Shown piece after piece: positions 10,299 to 20,694 of a stretch of 64,000 nt of DNA. The stretch covers positions 32,001 through 96,000 of the forward strand of contig JAHJQN010000008.1 of the NCBI GenBank assembly GCA_018819225.1, given 5' to 3'. Each line of letters begins with the position of its first letter. The first letter of the stretch is position 1. This stretch comes from Candidatus Micrarchaeota archaeon (GTDB taxonomy: Archaea; Micrarchaeota; Micrarchaeia; Norongarragalinales; SBBD01). A program made the position numbers and the translations under genes. The notes beneath the pieces are model-generated. The model did not search any database. It was given only the letters and a program-made list of their open reading frames with translations, and was not told the origin of the DNA.

Positions 10299-10470
10299 GC
10301 ATAAAGGAAAGTGAACGTCATTTTAATGCTTTCGAAACCCGTTCGCTAAAGGACCGCTCGCAAAAAAATCGGGAAAAGGAATATAAATCCGATCCGCGTT
10401 ACAGAAACGTTCCTCACAGAACACGCACTCGATTCACGCAATGGGTTGAATAGGCTTTCGAAGTGAACGC

Positions 10471-10593
10471 ATGAACAAGGCAGACTTTACTGTATTCATA
10501 TTGCTGATGACCATCATCATCACGCTCAAAGTGCACTGGATCTTGGGCATCACGTTCTTCCTCGCCAGCTACAGCTTCATCGCAAAGGAATAG
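10471..10593 (+). CDS. Small 40-aa hydrophobic protein absent from the ORF track
   Basis: ATG..TAG reading MNKADFTVFILLMTIIITLKVHWILGITFFLASYSFIAKE; GTGA SD-like motif upstream; fills the intergenic gap. Confidence 0.55.
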   Translation: MNKADFTVFILLMTIIITLKVHWILGITFFLASYSFIAKE

Positions 10594-10642
10594 CGTGATA
10601 ATTTCCGAACCCTTTTTATTCCTGCAACGCCTGCAAGCCTTC

Positions 10643-13090
10643 ATGCACCACACGGCATTCCTACTGGATGTCAACTACGTCATGAAAGAGCAGCGCAGCA
10701 TGCTCCGGCTTCTCCTGAAAGACGAGAAAACCCAGAAAACCATTCGGGCATACGATGCGGATTACGCCCCCTACTTTTACTTGCACGCGAACGCCGAAAA
10801 AGAAACCGAAACAAAATTGGTGGAAGAACTCAAGCGGTTGAAGGTATACGGTCGCGAAGGCGAAGCGAAAATCATGGACGTGAAAATGGAAGAACGCCTG
10901 CTCCTCGGGAAAAAAACGAGGCTCTTGCGCATCACGTGCCAACACCCGTCACACGTACCCAAGCTGCGAGAAGAAGTCAAACGCTTCGGAACCACGTACG
11001 AGGACGCGATCCAATTCACGAAACGGTACATGATAGATAAAAAATTGTATCCGTGCCAGCTCGTCCAATTAAACGTGAATGAAAAAAAGGAGGCGACGGA
11101 ACTCGCGCCCCAAGAAACACCCGCCAATACCACGATGCCCATCGAAGTCACGGCGTTCGATATTGAAACGTATAATCCGCAGGGCATGCCAAGACCGGAA
11201 GTGGATCCGTGCCTCATGATCGGGTACGCGGACAAAACAGGCAGCCAATTGCTCACGTACTCCAAACCCATTGCCGTACCGAATGTGCACAATTACGGTA
11301 GCGAAAAAGACATGCTGGAAGCCTTTTCCAAACTGCTTAAACTAAAGAAAGCGGATCTCGTGTGCACGTATAATGGAGACTCGTTCGACTTACCGTACTT
11401 GAGAGAACGCGCAAAAAAAACGCATGCCGTCATGCACCTGGGACGGGATACCTCCCCCCCGAACAGTCGCCAAACGGGCTTGCGCGTGCGCACCTCGCTC
11501 ATCGGAAGAATTCATTTCGACGTCTTTCCCGTGGTTTCACTGCTCAGTTACATCGGCGCCTACAAAATGCAGCGCCTGACCCTCAAAGCCGTTTACAAGG
11601 AAATACTGGGAGGCAAAAAAGAAGATATCGAGAAATACGAGATCTGGAAAACATGGGATCAGGGAACCGAAGAAGAAATGAAGCACTTGTTCAAGTACTG
11701 CCGCGTCGACGCGGAAGCCGCGTACCAGCTCGCGGACCACCTGCTCCCCTTGGAGATTGAATTGTCGCGAATCACCGGAAACACGTTGTTTGAAACCGCG
11801 CGGGCCACTCCCGGACAACTCGTTGAATCCCTGCTCATGCGAAGAGCATTCGAAGGCGGCGAAATCATATTGAACAAGCCCGATTACGAAGAAGTCAAAC
11901 AACGCTCCGAGAATCCGGTGGAAGGCGCGTTCGTCCAATTGCCTTCCCCAGGCATCTACGACCACATCGCCGTACTGGACTTCCGGTCGCTGTATCCCAG
12001 CATCATCATCTCGCACAACATCGATCCCTCCACCATTAACTGCAGTTGCTGCACGGAAAAAGAAGCGTATCTATCGCCGAAAGGCCACCGGTTCTGCAAA
12101 AAACGAAAAGGCCTGATCCCGAAAACGCTTCAGCACGTCCTCGAAGCACGAATCGCCATCAAACAGCAAATGAAAACGCTCAAAAAAGAAGGAAAAACCG
12201 ATTCCACATTATTTAAGCAATTGGATGCACGACAAACCGCGCTCAAGATTCTGGCGAATAGCACGTACGGCTACTTGTTGTATGCGCGCTCACGATATTA
12301 CTCGCGCGAATGCGGGGAAAGCGTGACCGCATGGGGCCGCCATTACGTACAAGAAACTTTGAAAAAAGCCGGCGAAGCCGGATTGAAACCGTTGTACGCC
12401 GATACCGATAGTGCCTTTCTGCTCTACGGAAAACCGGAGAATGAAAATAAAGTCACGGCATTCCAAAAGCGCATCAACGCCGAACTGCCTGAAAGCATGG
12501 AACTCGAACTCGAAGACATTTACCCCAGAGGCATATTCGTCAGCAAAAAACAAGAGGAAAAAGGCGCGAAAAAGAAGTACGCCCTCATCAACCGCGAAGG
12601 AAAAATCAAGATCAGGGGCTTCGAACTCGTGCGAAGGGACTGGAGCCGCATCGCGAAAGAAACGCAGCGAGAAGTGATTCAGATATTGCTCGGGGAAGGA
12701 GACGTGGAGAAAGCGCGCCAAATCGTGCGCGAAGTCGTGGAGCGCCTGAAAGAAGGCAAGGTGCCCCTCGAAGAACTCGCGATTTACACGCAATTGAAAA
12801 AGAAAGCGAAAAGTTACGAAATCATGTCCCCGGAAGTCAGCGCGTTTCTGAAAGCGCAGAAAGCCGGCGTACGCATGGATGAGAAAAGCGTGATCGCGTA
12901 CGTGATTACCAAGAAAGGAAAAAGCATTTCCGACCGAGCGGAAATTCTGGAGAGAGCCAAAGACTACGACCCCGAGTATTACATTAACAATCAAGTGCTT
13001 CCCGCCGTATTGCGCATCATGGGCGCCATGGGCTTCGAGAAAGAAGACTTGAAAACCAAGGGGAGACAGAAAAGCCTGGGAGACTGGTAG
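10643..13090 (+). CDS. polB: Family B DNA polymerase (PolB3-type), likely start ATG 10643
   Basis: ExoI FDIET, ExoII YNGDSFDLPY, PolA DFRSLYPSII, PolB KILANSTYGY, PolC YADTDS; no intein. Confidence 0.95.
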   Translation: MHHTAFLLDVNYVMKEQRSMLRLLLKDEKTQKTIRAYDADYAPYFYLHANAEKETETKLVEELKRLKVYGREGEAKIMDVKMEERLLLGKKTRLLRITCQHPSHVPKLREEVKRFGTTYEDAIQFTKRYMIDKKLYPCQLVQLNVNEKKEATELAPQETPANTTMPIEVTAFDIETYNPQGMPRPEVDPCLMIGYADKTGSQLLTYSKPIAVPNVHNYGSEKDMLEAFSKLLKLKKADLVCTYNGDSFDLPYLRERAKKTHAVMHLGRDTSPPNSRQTGLRVRTSLIGRIHFDVFPVVSLLSYIGAYKMQRLTLKAVYKEILGGKKEDIEKYEIWKTWDQGTEEEMKHLFKYCRVDAEAAYQLADHLLPLEIELSRITGNTLFETARATPGQLVESLLMRRAFEGGEIILNKPDYEEVKQRSENPVEGAFVQLPSPGIYDHIAVLDFRSLYPSIIISHNIDPSTINCSCCTEKEAYLSPKGHRFCKKRKGLIPKTLQHVLEARIAIKQQMKTLKKEGKTDSTLFKQLDARQTALKILANSTYGYLLYARSRYYSRECGESVTAWGRHYVQETLKKAGEAGLKPLYADTDSAFLLYGKPENENKVTAFQKRINAELPESMELELEDIYPRGIFVSKKQEEKGAKKKYALINREGKIKIRGFELVRRDWSRIAKETQREVIQILLGEGDVEKARQIVREVVERLKEGKVPLEELAIYTQLKKKAKSYEIMSPEVSAFLKAQKAGVRMDEKSVIAYVITKKGKSISDRAEILERAKDYDPEYYINNQVLPAVLRIMGAMGFEKEDLKTKGRQKSLGDW

Positions 13091-13204
13091 TCGAAAGGAT
13101 CATGCATCAACCAGAAAACCATCGTCTGACCTTTTTTAATGACCGGAACGTTGAATACCGAAAGACTAAAAGGGAGACTATGCGTGAGCCTTTGGGGGTA
13201 AACC

Positions 13205-13849
13205 GTGACGCGACTCGCAGTCTTTGATTTGGATAGCACGCTCATACACGAGGAAATGATCAATGAGTTTGCGAGCGTCGCAGGGAAGCGTAAAACCATT
13301 GAACGCATGACGAGAAACGCGAACCTTCGGGCCGAACAGAAAGAAGCGTTGAAGAAACGCGTACGGTTATTGAAAGGAGCGCGCGTCGAAGACATCAAGG
13401 CGAAAGCCCGATCCTTGCGGTTTCGAAAGCATTTCCCCGAAATGGTGCAGTGGTTTGAATCCAGGGGATTCCGAATGGCGCTGATAACCGGTGCGTTCTG
13501 GATGGGCATTCAAGAACTCAAGCGAAAGCACAAGGAACTGGAACACTTCGATTACATTGAATGCAATCACTTGCAGATCCGTCAAGGAAAGTTGACTGGA
13601 AAAGTGCTATCCAATGTTTCGGGAAACAAGGAAAAACTCCTCTTGAAACTCCAGAAGAAAACGGGCGCCACGAAACAAAATACGCTCGTTATGGGAGACA
13701 GCATGTCCGACGCGCGAATGTTCAAGCATGCGAAAATAGGGATCGCTTTCCAGCCCGCGAATCCGCGAGTAAAAAAAGCGGCCTCCCACGTCATTGAAAG
13801 CGGGGACCTCCTCGACGTAATAAAAATCGCGGAGAAAGAATACGCATGA
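13205..13849 (+). CDS. serB: HAD hydrolase, phosphoserine phosphatase-like
   Basis: FDLDSTLI motif I, ITG motif II, GDSMSD motif IV. Confidence 0.75.
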   Translation: MTRLAVFDLDSTLIHEEMINEFASVAGKRKTIERMTRNANLRAEQKEALKKRVRLLKGARVEDIKAKARSLRFRKHFPEMVQWFESRGFRMALITGAFWMGIQELKRKHKELEHFDYIECNHLQIRQGKLTGKVLSNVSGNKEKLLLKLQKKTGATKQNTLVMGDSMSDARMFKHAKIGIAFQPANPRVKKAASHVIESGDLLDVIKIAEKEYA

Positions 13850-13927
13850 AAAAATCGTTCGATTACGCGAAGGGGTCGGCTATACATTAAGTAAATGGAA
13901 CGGACGAGTCGAATAAGGTGGGAAAGA

Positions 13928-14185
13928 TCACGCCAGGTTCCGGCGGTCCACGACCATGACATCCTTCACGTCTAGAACGGACGCGTACGGAATCGTGACG
14001 AGTCCGCCGCCTTCCTTCTTCGCCTTGACCGCCAACGCCGAATCCGGATTGGGTTCCACGAGAACGCCTTCCAACTTGCCGGTGAGCTCGTTGACAAACA
14101 AGTCGACCACGCGGCCCAACTCCTCCCCATCCGTGGTAATCACGCGTTTTCCAGCCAGTTGCTTAGCAATAGCATATTTGACCAT
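13928..14185 (-). CDS. PRC-barrel domain protein
   Basis: LAGKRVITTDGEELGRVVDL...TGKL...IPYASV..VKDVMVV; start at MVKYA. Confidence 0.9.
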   Translation of the reverse strand: MVKYAIAKQLAGKRVITTDGEELGRVVDLFVNELTGKLEGVLVEPNPDSALAVKAKKEGGGLVTIPYASVLDVKDVMVVDRRNLA

Positions 14186-14266
14186 GCGAATGTCACCCAA
14201 AAAACGATCCCTTTCGAGACTATTGAACTCGTTTGATTTAAATAGCTTTCGTTCTCTCGAGCCATC

Positions 14267-17200
14267 TCATTCGTTCAACTTAACTTCCACTAGCTTCGAT
14301 CCCTGACGGGTCATCGCCACTCCAATCAACGCCTCCGCATGCTGGTACACGGAAGGATTATGCGTGACCACAATGAATTGCGTCGTCTTACTGAGCTGAA
14401 TAAGCAGCTCGGCCAGCTTAAGCGAGTTTTGCTGGTCTAACGCGGCGTCCGCCTCATCCAATACATAGATGCTGGAAGGCGAATAACTTTGAATCGCGAA
14501 CAAGAATAAAACCGCAATCAAGGATTTCTCTCCGCCGGACATGAGCTCCAAATACTTAACGGACTTGCCCTCCAACTGCGCCTTAATCGTCAACCCCCCC
14601 TCGAACGGGTTGGAAGGGGTTTCCAAGACCAACGAGCCTTCACCCCTGAAAATCTGGGAAAAGAGTTTCCGGAAGGATTCGTTCACGTGATTGAATGATC
14701 GCATAAACGTCGCGATCTTCTTGCCTTCAATCTCCTGAATCATCGTAATAACCGCTTGCTTCTCATTCGAAAGCTGCCGTATCTTGTCCTGCTGTCGATC
14801 CAAGTCCTTCGCGCGCTCCTCGTACTCCTCCACCGCCTTCAAGTTCACGTTCCCTAAACCGCTCAACTCCTCCTCCGCTTTGTAACTTAAGAGCGTCAAC
14901 TTCGCCTTATCCTCCATTTTGAGCAGCTCCGTATCCTTGTACGGCTCGAATTCTGCCTTCAAATTCGAAAGATTCGTTTCCGAAACCGCCTTACCCACTT
15001 CCTTCTTCTGCAAATCCCCTGCAATCTTCTCGCGCTCGAACTCCAACTTTCCCTTCTGGTTCGCCAAATTGTATACCTTGCCCTCCAATTTCTCGCGCTC
15101 GCTCACCAAATCCTCCATCGCCGAAGACATCCCTTTCAGTTCCTGCGTCTTCTCCTTCAACAACTTTTGGTCCCTCGAAAGCGTTTCCTTGCACTCCTTC
15201 ATGACGCGCTTCGCTTCCCCTTCCTGCAGTTCCAACTCCTTCTCCGCCTTCGCAATCCCATCGTGCTCGCGCGAGTACGCCTTCAATTGAGCGGCCAAGC
15301 TGTCAAACTGATTCTTGTAATCACTCAACGAAAGCCGCAAATCGGAAACCTTTTTCTCCTTCTCCTTCAGCGAGACCCCGAATTTCTGCTCTTTTTCAAC
15401 ATCGATCTTGCCCTTGACCTCCAGCGATCTAATATTCAAATCCGAGAGCGAGCGAATCAAATCCGAACGCTCTTCCTCAATTTTTGCAGAACGCTCCTGA
15501 GATATATTGACTTCCTTCTTGAGCTCCGCCGCGGCCGCACGCACATTCTTGAACTTCTCCTCCTCCACATCCTGCGAATTCTTCAAATTCTGGATTTCAA
15601 GCTCGCACGCCTTCAACTGCACTTCCGCCTCCGCCTTTTTCTTCCGTGCTGACGACATGTCCTCCTGAATCGAGTACAAACGCTTTAACAAATCATCCTT
15701 GGTCTGTTTTGCTTTCTTCCAACGCGCGTCCCACTCGTCCAACTGCTCCTTCTCCTTCTTCACGTTAATGCGAGCTGAAAACGAGCCGCCCGTAATCAAT
15801 GCCGACTGCTCCACCAACTCCCCGTCCTCCGTCACCAAACGGGCTTTCCCCACCAACGTGGCCGCCTCACTCAGCCCTTTCACGAGCAACGTATTCTGGC
15901 AAACAAACTGAAACGCTTTCTGAAACCGGGTCTCGAACTCCAACAAGTGAACCAGAAAGTCAACGGCCGCCGGATGATCTTTCAACCTCAATTCATCGGG
16001 CTTGAACGCATGAGGACGGATGCGGTCCAACGGAATAAACGAGACGCGCCCCAACTTCCGCATCTTCAACTGACGCACCATCTTCTCCGCCGTATGAATG
16101 TTATTGACGACCAAGAAATTCAAGCGACCACCCAAAGCCACCTGCACGGGAACCGAATACATCGAATCGTATTGGCACAATTGCTCCACGGTACCGAAAA
16201 TGCCGGGGGTTTTCTCCTTCTGGCTCAACACGTACTCCACGCCTTGCGAAAGCTGGATTTCACGCAAGTTCTGCAAGCGCGTGGAAATCTCCACCGTCTT
16301 GATTTTAGCGGCAGTGGTCTCACTCTCCGCCAAAGAAAGCGCGCCATTCAAACGCTTTTCTTCCGCAAACAGCTTGCTCGCTACGTCATCCGCTTCCCTG
16401 ACTTTCTGCGTCCACTCCTTCAACCGCTTACTCGCGGAAGCCTGAGCGTCCTTGTGATCATTCCATTTTCCGCCCAACAAGCGATGCAACTCGCCTTCCT
16501 TCAGCCTCATCACTTCCGAAAGAGTTTTCTCCTCCGCCTGCAACTCGTTCAAATGCTCTTTCGCGGACATCATTTGCTGTTGAAGCTGTTCATACAATTT
16601 GCGTGCATCAAAGAACTGCGAAGAAAACTGCGTGCTCGCCTCCAAGACCTCATTCAACTTGCGTTGCTCTTCCTTCAACAACGTCTCAACGGCTTTCAAT
16701 TCGCGTTCCACATCCGAGGCGCGCGCACGAATGCCCTTCACTTCATCGCCCGCGCGCACGCGCTCCAACTTCAACTCCTTGGCCTTGCCCGTCAAACGCT
16801 CGAGCTCCGACTCCTTCTCTTTCGTCAGCGTCCGGCAACGCTCCATCTCCGCCTTCAATTCATCGGACTCTTTCTCCAACACCAATTGCTTTCCTTCACT
16901 GCGCTCCGAAATGCGTTTATTCACATCGTCTTTCTGCTTCTGAATCGCATCAATCTGATCCTGTAGATCGTTCGCCTTCCGATGCAACTGCTCGATCTTG
17001 GACGTTAAGTCCAGAACCGTATTCACCGAGTTCTCGAACTCCACTTCCAATTCGCGCAAATTCAAGTAAAGCAACGTCGCCTTCATCTGGTCGACTTCCT
17101 TCTTCAAACCCAGATAGCGCTCCGCATCCACCTTATCCTTCTTCAATTGATCCAGAAAACCCGCTTTTTCACCCAATTTCGCGGAATTCTCGCGAATCTT

Positions 17201-17716
17201 CTCATCCACGTGATCCAACTCCGAAAGAGCTTCCTTCTTCTTCTGCTCGTACTCGAGCACGTTCGCGATATTGTCAATCAAGGCCCGCCGATCCTTCGAA
17301 CTCATCTCGACAATGCGCTGCACTTCCCCTTGTTGAATGATATTGTACGTGCTGATCTGGTTCGCACGCAAGAAATCCTCGATCACGTAACGATGAGAGC
17401 GCTTGCCATTCATCGCATACTTCATTTTCCCGTCCCGGCGCAACGCCCGAGAAATCCACGTGCGCTCCTTCTCTTTTTCATTGCGGAGTTCCAGCTTCGC
17501 CTCCGCAATACGCGCGTCCTTATAGATCAAGTCAGGCGTCTTTTTTGCGCGCAACGAACGAATACGGCTTTCTCCCAAAGAGAATAGAAGAGCGTCCACA
17601 ATATTGGTTTTACCGCTTCCATTCGGGCCCACGATGGCATTAAACCCTTTGACGAAGCGTAAGTCGCACTCACGGAACGACTTGAAGTTTTTGAGACTCA
17701 GTTTTTCGACGAACAT
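14267..17716 (-). CDS. smc: Chromosome segregation protein SMC
   Basis: Walker A GPNGSGKT, coiled coils, hinge (GIFGTV...GRVSFIPL), signature MSGGE, Walker [10 protein letters not shown]. Confidence 0.96.
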   Translation of the reverse strand: MFVEKLSLKNFKSFRECDLRFVKGFNAIVGPNGSGKTNIVDALLFSLGESRIRSLRAKKTPDLIYKDARIAEAKLELRNEKEKERTWISRALRRDGKMKYAMNGKRSHRYVIEDFLRANQISTYNIIQQGEVQRIVEMSSKDRRALIDNIANVLEYEQKKKEALSELDHVDEKIRENSAKLGEKAGFLDQLKKDKVDAERYLGLKKEVDQMKATLLYLNLRELEVEFENSVNTVLDLTSKIEQLHRKANDLQDQIDAIQKQKDDVNKRISERSEGKQLVLEKESDELKAEMERCRTLTKEKESELERLTGKAKELKLERVRAGDEVKGIRARASDVERELKAVETLLKEEQRKLNEVLEASTQFSSQFFDARKLYEQLQQQMMSAKEHLNELQAEEKTLSEVMRLKEGELHRLLGGKWNDHKDAQASASKRLKEWTQKVREADDVASKLFAEEKRLNGALSLAESETTAAKIKTVEISTRLQNLREIQLSQGVEYVLSQKEKTPGIFGTVEQLCQYDSMYSVPVQVALGGRLNFLVVNNIHTAEKMVRQLKMRKLGRVSFIPLDRIRPHAFKPDELRLKDHPAAVDFLVHLLEFETRFQKAFQFVCQNTLLVKGLSEAATLVGKARLVTEDGELVEQSALITGGSFSARINVKKEKEQLDEWDARWKKAKQTKDDLLKRLYSIQEDMSSARKKKAEAEVQLKACELEIQNLKNSQDVEEEKFKNVRAAAAELKKEVNISQERSAKIEEERSDLIRSLSDLNIRSLEVKGKIDVEKEQKFGVSLKEKEKKVSDLRLSLSDYKNQFDSLAAQLKAYSREHDGIAKAEKELELQEGEAKRVMKECKETLSRDQKLLKEKTQELKGMSSAMEDLVSEREKLEGKVYNLANQKGKLEFEREKIAGDLQKKEVGKAVSETNLSNLKAEFEPYKDTELLKMEDKAKLTLLSYKAEEELSGLGNVNLKAVEEYEERAKDLDRQQDKIRQLSNEKQAVITMIQEIEGKKIATFMRSFNHVNESFRKLFSQIFRGEGSLVLETPSNPFEGGLTIKAQLEGKSVKYLELMSGGEKSLIAVLFLFAIQSYSPSSIYVLDEADAALDQQNSLKLAELLIQLSKTTQFIVVTHNPSVYQHAEALIGVAMTRQGSKLVEVKLNE

Positions 17717-17854
17717 GCGAATCCGGGAATAGAAACGAATGCGCTTAAGTACGAATGCAGCTTTTATAAACGATATGGAGGGAATGTCGACGCCGGGAAA
17801 TGCCCGTACGCTGAGACGAAGGCTTAAAAAATAACGAAACCCTCAAAAGCGTTC

Positions 17855-18859
17855 ATGATATTGGACGCGCCCACGTACAAGCTCGTGCTCACCCCCGAAG
17901 CCGCCATGGGCATCGTGCAGAAAGAGCTCGCGAGAAGGGGCTGGAGAAAATTCGAAATCGAGAACGTGCGCCTCGTGTACACGCCCTATTACACGTTCAG
18001 TTTTGACGTCAGCGCGGAAACCGCGGGCCCCATAACGGGCAAGGCGGCCTTGAACGCGTATACTGGAGACGTGGACGAGTTCGTACCCATGCTCCTCGAA
18101 CGCCCGCTAGACAAGCTCAAGAAAGCAGAAGACAATGCGGAAATCGAGGAAACCAGCGTTCCGAAAATTGAGGCAAAAGGAGCGGCACGCGACAAAATTG
18201 CAGTGCAAACAGCCGTAAAACGGGACCGCGTATCCGTATCCGCCATCAACAAAGTGTACATTCCGTATTACCGCATTTGGGTGAACCTGCCCACGCAACA
18301 ACTCCGCGCGCAAGTGGACGCGCTCGTTGGAAGCGTGGTGGGCCTGGAAGGCGTGCACGCAAAACCGAAAACGTTCGGGGAAAGCGCTCGCGACACCGTC
18401 AAAAAACTGGCGTCGCCGTCCGGAATCGCGGAGCTCGGAGGCAAGGCCGTGGGATCCATCGCAGGAGGAAAAGGCGGAGGCAGCAGCGGAAGCCCTTTTG
18501 AACGAAAAGAATTTCGTTGGGCCGGAATCGGACTCGTCATACTCGTTTTGTTGTACTTGACCACGATGCAGGGATCGCCGGACGCGGATTGTTCCGGAAC
18601 CATTACGCAAGTGGGCATGGAGTGCAAGCTGGAAGGCGAGTGCGGGTTCAATAACCCTAAAGCCGAGCAAGACTACGTGACGGCTCACATCACCATTTAC
18701 CAGAAAGGCATCGAACGCCCGGAATACGGAAGCATCGTCGGATTGCTCGTGGATTCCAAAGGAAAACCGGATGCGTGGAGGAAAACCTTTGAAGTGACGT
18801 GGGAATCCGAGGGACTCGATTGCGAAAAAGACTTCTCGTGGAAAGCCGGAAAAATCTAA
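17855..18859 (+). CDS. Hypothetical single-pass membrane protein with duplicated VYxPYY domain
   Basis: Internal repeat LVYTPYY...LNAYTG / KVYIPYY...VDALVG, one TM, Cys-containing C-terminal domain. Confidence 0.7.
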   Translation: MILDAPTYKLVLTPEAAMGIVQKELARRGWRKFEIENVRLVYTPYYTFSFDVSAETAGPITGKAALNAYTGDVDEFVPMLLERPLDKLKKAEDNAEIEETSVPKIEAKGAARDKIAVQTAVKRDRVSVSAINKVYIPYYRIWVNLPTQQLRAQVDALVGSVVGLEGVHAKPKTFGESARDTVKKLASPSGIAELGGKAVGSIAGGKGGGSSGSPFERKEFRWAGIGLVILVLLYLTTMQGSPDADCSGTITQVGMECKLEGECGFNNPKAEQDYVTAHITIYQKGIERPEYGSIVGLLVDSKGKPDAWRKTFEVTWESEGLDCEKDFSWKAGKI

Positions 18860-19032
18860 AGCGGTTCACCGGAAATCAGCCGCCCCGAACTTGTTATTAG
18901 CGAGTTCTGATTTCGCAAGGAATAGGGAAGAAAAGCCTTTCAAGCAAGCATGCGGGGTACCGACCCAAAGGAGGCTATCCTAAAAAAAACGGCTCCGCCG
19001 ATGCGGAAAGCGCTTTTTCTCTCCCGGCTTTT

Positions 19033-19905
19033 TTATTTAAACTTCATGTAAAAAGCGAGCAAGGAAACGAACGAGGCCTGCAAAACAATGCTGACTACCG
19101 CAGGCAAGCTGGCGAGGGGAGTAAAGAGCGCTAATGCGAAATAGAGAGCTAAACCGTTATTGCGAATGACGCTAAACAAATAAAGACTGGTTCGCTCTCG
19201 TCGATCCCAATGCGCCCATCTAGCATAAGCAACTGCTAATAGAAATGGAATGAGTATTCGAACCGCCATTAGCAGAGAGATGAATAAGATGAGCGAGGTT
19301 TGTCCAAGTAGTTCACCTTGGTTCGCGGAAATCGCGGCGTAAATGATGATGAAGAACGAGGAGACCACGAGACCGCGGCGAGGTGTTTTATCGAAACGCA
19401 TCCATCGAGAGAGCACGAACGGAACAAAAACGAATAAGGCCATGATTTCCACAATGTGAAGCAAATCAACCGAAGTGGAAAGAAAAACCGCTAGCAATAG
19501 AGGAACAATCGCAATGGCAAGTAAATGACCTAATGCGACTCCAAAAAAAGAAGAACGGACATCTCCTTTCAATAAAAAGGAGACTCCAATCACTGCAATT
19601 CCAGGAGGAACTGCAGCCACCAGAAGAAAACCGTTGAATAAATCGCCTTCCAAAAAAAGAAAAGCAAGTACAATAGCAATTAAGGTAGATAAAACGTAAC
19701 TGAAGAACAGAAAAATCAGCGTGATTCGTTTCTTCGCGCGAGCTACTTGTAAATCAAAGGAGTAATCTTTCAAGGAAAAGGTGAACGCCACGAGAAGTGC
19801 TGGGAGAACCAAGAGGTTCGCGATTTCGGAGTAGTGAGGGTAAATGAATCCCGTAGAGAGGGCGATTAAATAAATAAGAGCAGTTGAGCCCGCGCGGAAT
19901 TCCAT
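19033..19905 (-). CDS. Bile acid:sodium symporter (BASS/Acr3-like) transporter
   Basis: Hydrophobic; GFLLVAAVPPG and RNNGLAL motifs. Confidence 0.75.
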   Translation of the reverse strand: MEFRAGSTALIYLIALSTGFIYPHYSEIANLLVLPALLVAFTFSLKDYSFDLQVARAKKRITLIFLFFSYVLSTLIAIVLAFLFLEGDLFNGFLLVAAVPPGIAVIGVSFLLKGDVRSSFFGVALGHLLAIAIVPLLLAVFLSTSVDLLHIVEIMALFVFVPFVLSRWMRFDKTPRRGLVVSSFFIIIYAAISANQGELLGQTSLILFISLLMAVRILIPFLLAVAYARWAHWDRRERTSLYLFSVIRNNGLALYFALALFTPLASLPAVVSIVLQASFVSLLAFYMKFK

Positions 19906-19929
19906 TCACTATTCCTTAATAAACACGAG

Positions 19930-19957
19930 TTTTGATCGACCTTTTTGAAAAGGTCGG
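19930..19957. repeat. Palindromic mini-repeat TTTTGAT-CGACCTTTT-TG-AAAAGGTCG-G
   Basis: Identical to 59673-59700 and 59791-59818; variant at 34492-34521; directly 3' of tRNA-Val(CAC). Confidence 0.85.
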
Positions 19958-19959
19958 AA

Positions 19960-20114
19960 TGGGCCCGCGGAGAATCGAACTCCGGATCTTCAGTGTTTTC
20001 CCGGACGATAGTCCACGCAGACAAAAGCGTTTCTTTTTCTGGTGGAGCTCTTTTTCTTTACAAAGAAAAAGAGGTCCAGTGAGACTGACGTCTTAACCAC
20101 TCGACTACGGGCCC
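19960..20114 (-). tRNA. tRNA-Val(CAC) with 82-nt intron (19997-20078) at position 36/37
   Basis: Acceptor GGGCCCG/CGGGCCC-A, anticodon stem TCAGT/ACTGA with loop CT-CAC-[intron]-AC, T arm CGGAG-TTCGATT-CTCCG; same acceptor and T arm as tRNA-Val(GAC). Confidence 0.9.
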
Positions 20115-20304
20115 TGGATAATTATTAGACAACAGTATTTTAAAAATCATTATCGGGGGTAGAGGCGACATGCGTAGGGGGCAGAGCCCCCTGAAGGTGC
20201 CCTTGACTTCGGGTCCCCATAAATGGAGAGGAAATCAACCTAAAAAACGTTCATAAGAAGGGGAGGGTTCTGCCGGAACCAGGAGAATACTTCCCCGACT
20301 AGGG

Positions 20305-20625
20305 TTAATCGTACCGGGGTTGTCCGTGCGAACGCCGCGTGTGGGCACCCGTACTCGGATCCAAGGGACGGTAACCACCAAAGCGCTTCTTTTCGCGTGC
20401 GCGCTCCGCCATCTTCTTCTTTTTATCGAAGACGCGCAAGTGCTTTCCGCACGAAATGCAGTAGCAGACTTCACGCGTGATGCGCGGTACCCACTGGTCG
20501 TCGTACGCGTCCTGGCGTTCAACGGGGTTCTGAATCATGACCTTCTCGATGAAAACCGCTTTGTCTTTGCGCACGGCTCGGCCGCATTTGCTGCAATGAA
20601 CGAGCCGTTCTCTTCCTCTACCCAT
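20305..20625 (-). CDS. rps26e: 30S ribosomal protein S26e
   Basis: GRERLVHCSKCGRAVRKDKA...YCISCGKH zinc-binding pattern. Confidence 0.85.
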   Translation of the reverse strand: MGRGRERLVHCSKCGRAVRKDKAVFIEKVMIQNPVERQDAYDDQWVPRITREVCYCISCGKHLRVFDKKKKMAERAREKKRFGGYRPLDPSTGAHTRRSHGQPRYD

Positions 20626-20694
20626 AAAATAACCCTTTCAAATCAGAAGAAGAAGTATTCACTTAAAACGCTTATAAATGTTTCACTCGGGAGG

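Noticed and set aside
10643-13090. Intein or split in PolB, as in Nanoarchaeum
   Set aside because: All polymerase motifs are contiguous at normal spacing in one ORF.
15947-17340. Long + strand ORFs (339 aa and 245 aa) and similar antisense ORFs over ftsZ and polB
   Set aside because: Shadow frames antisense to well-supported genes, with no motifs.
20176-20192. AGGGGGCAGAGCCCCCT hairpin resembling IS200/IS605-type end palindromes
   Set aside because: Single copy with no tnpA/tnpB nearby; could simply be a terminator-region hairpin after rps26e.
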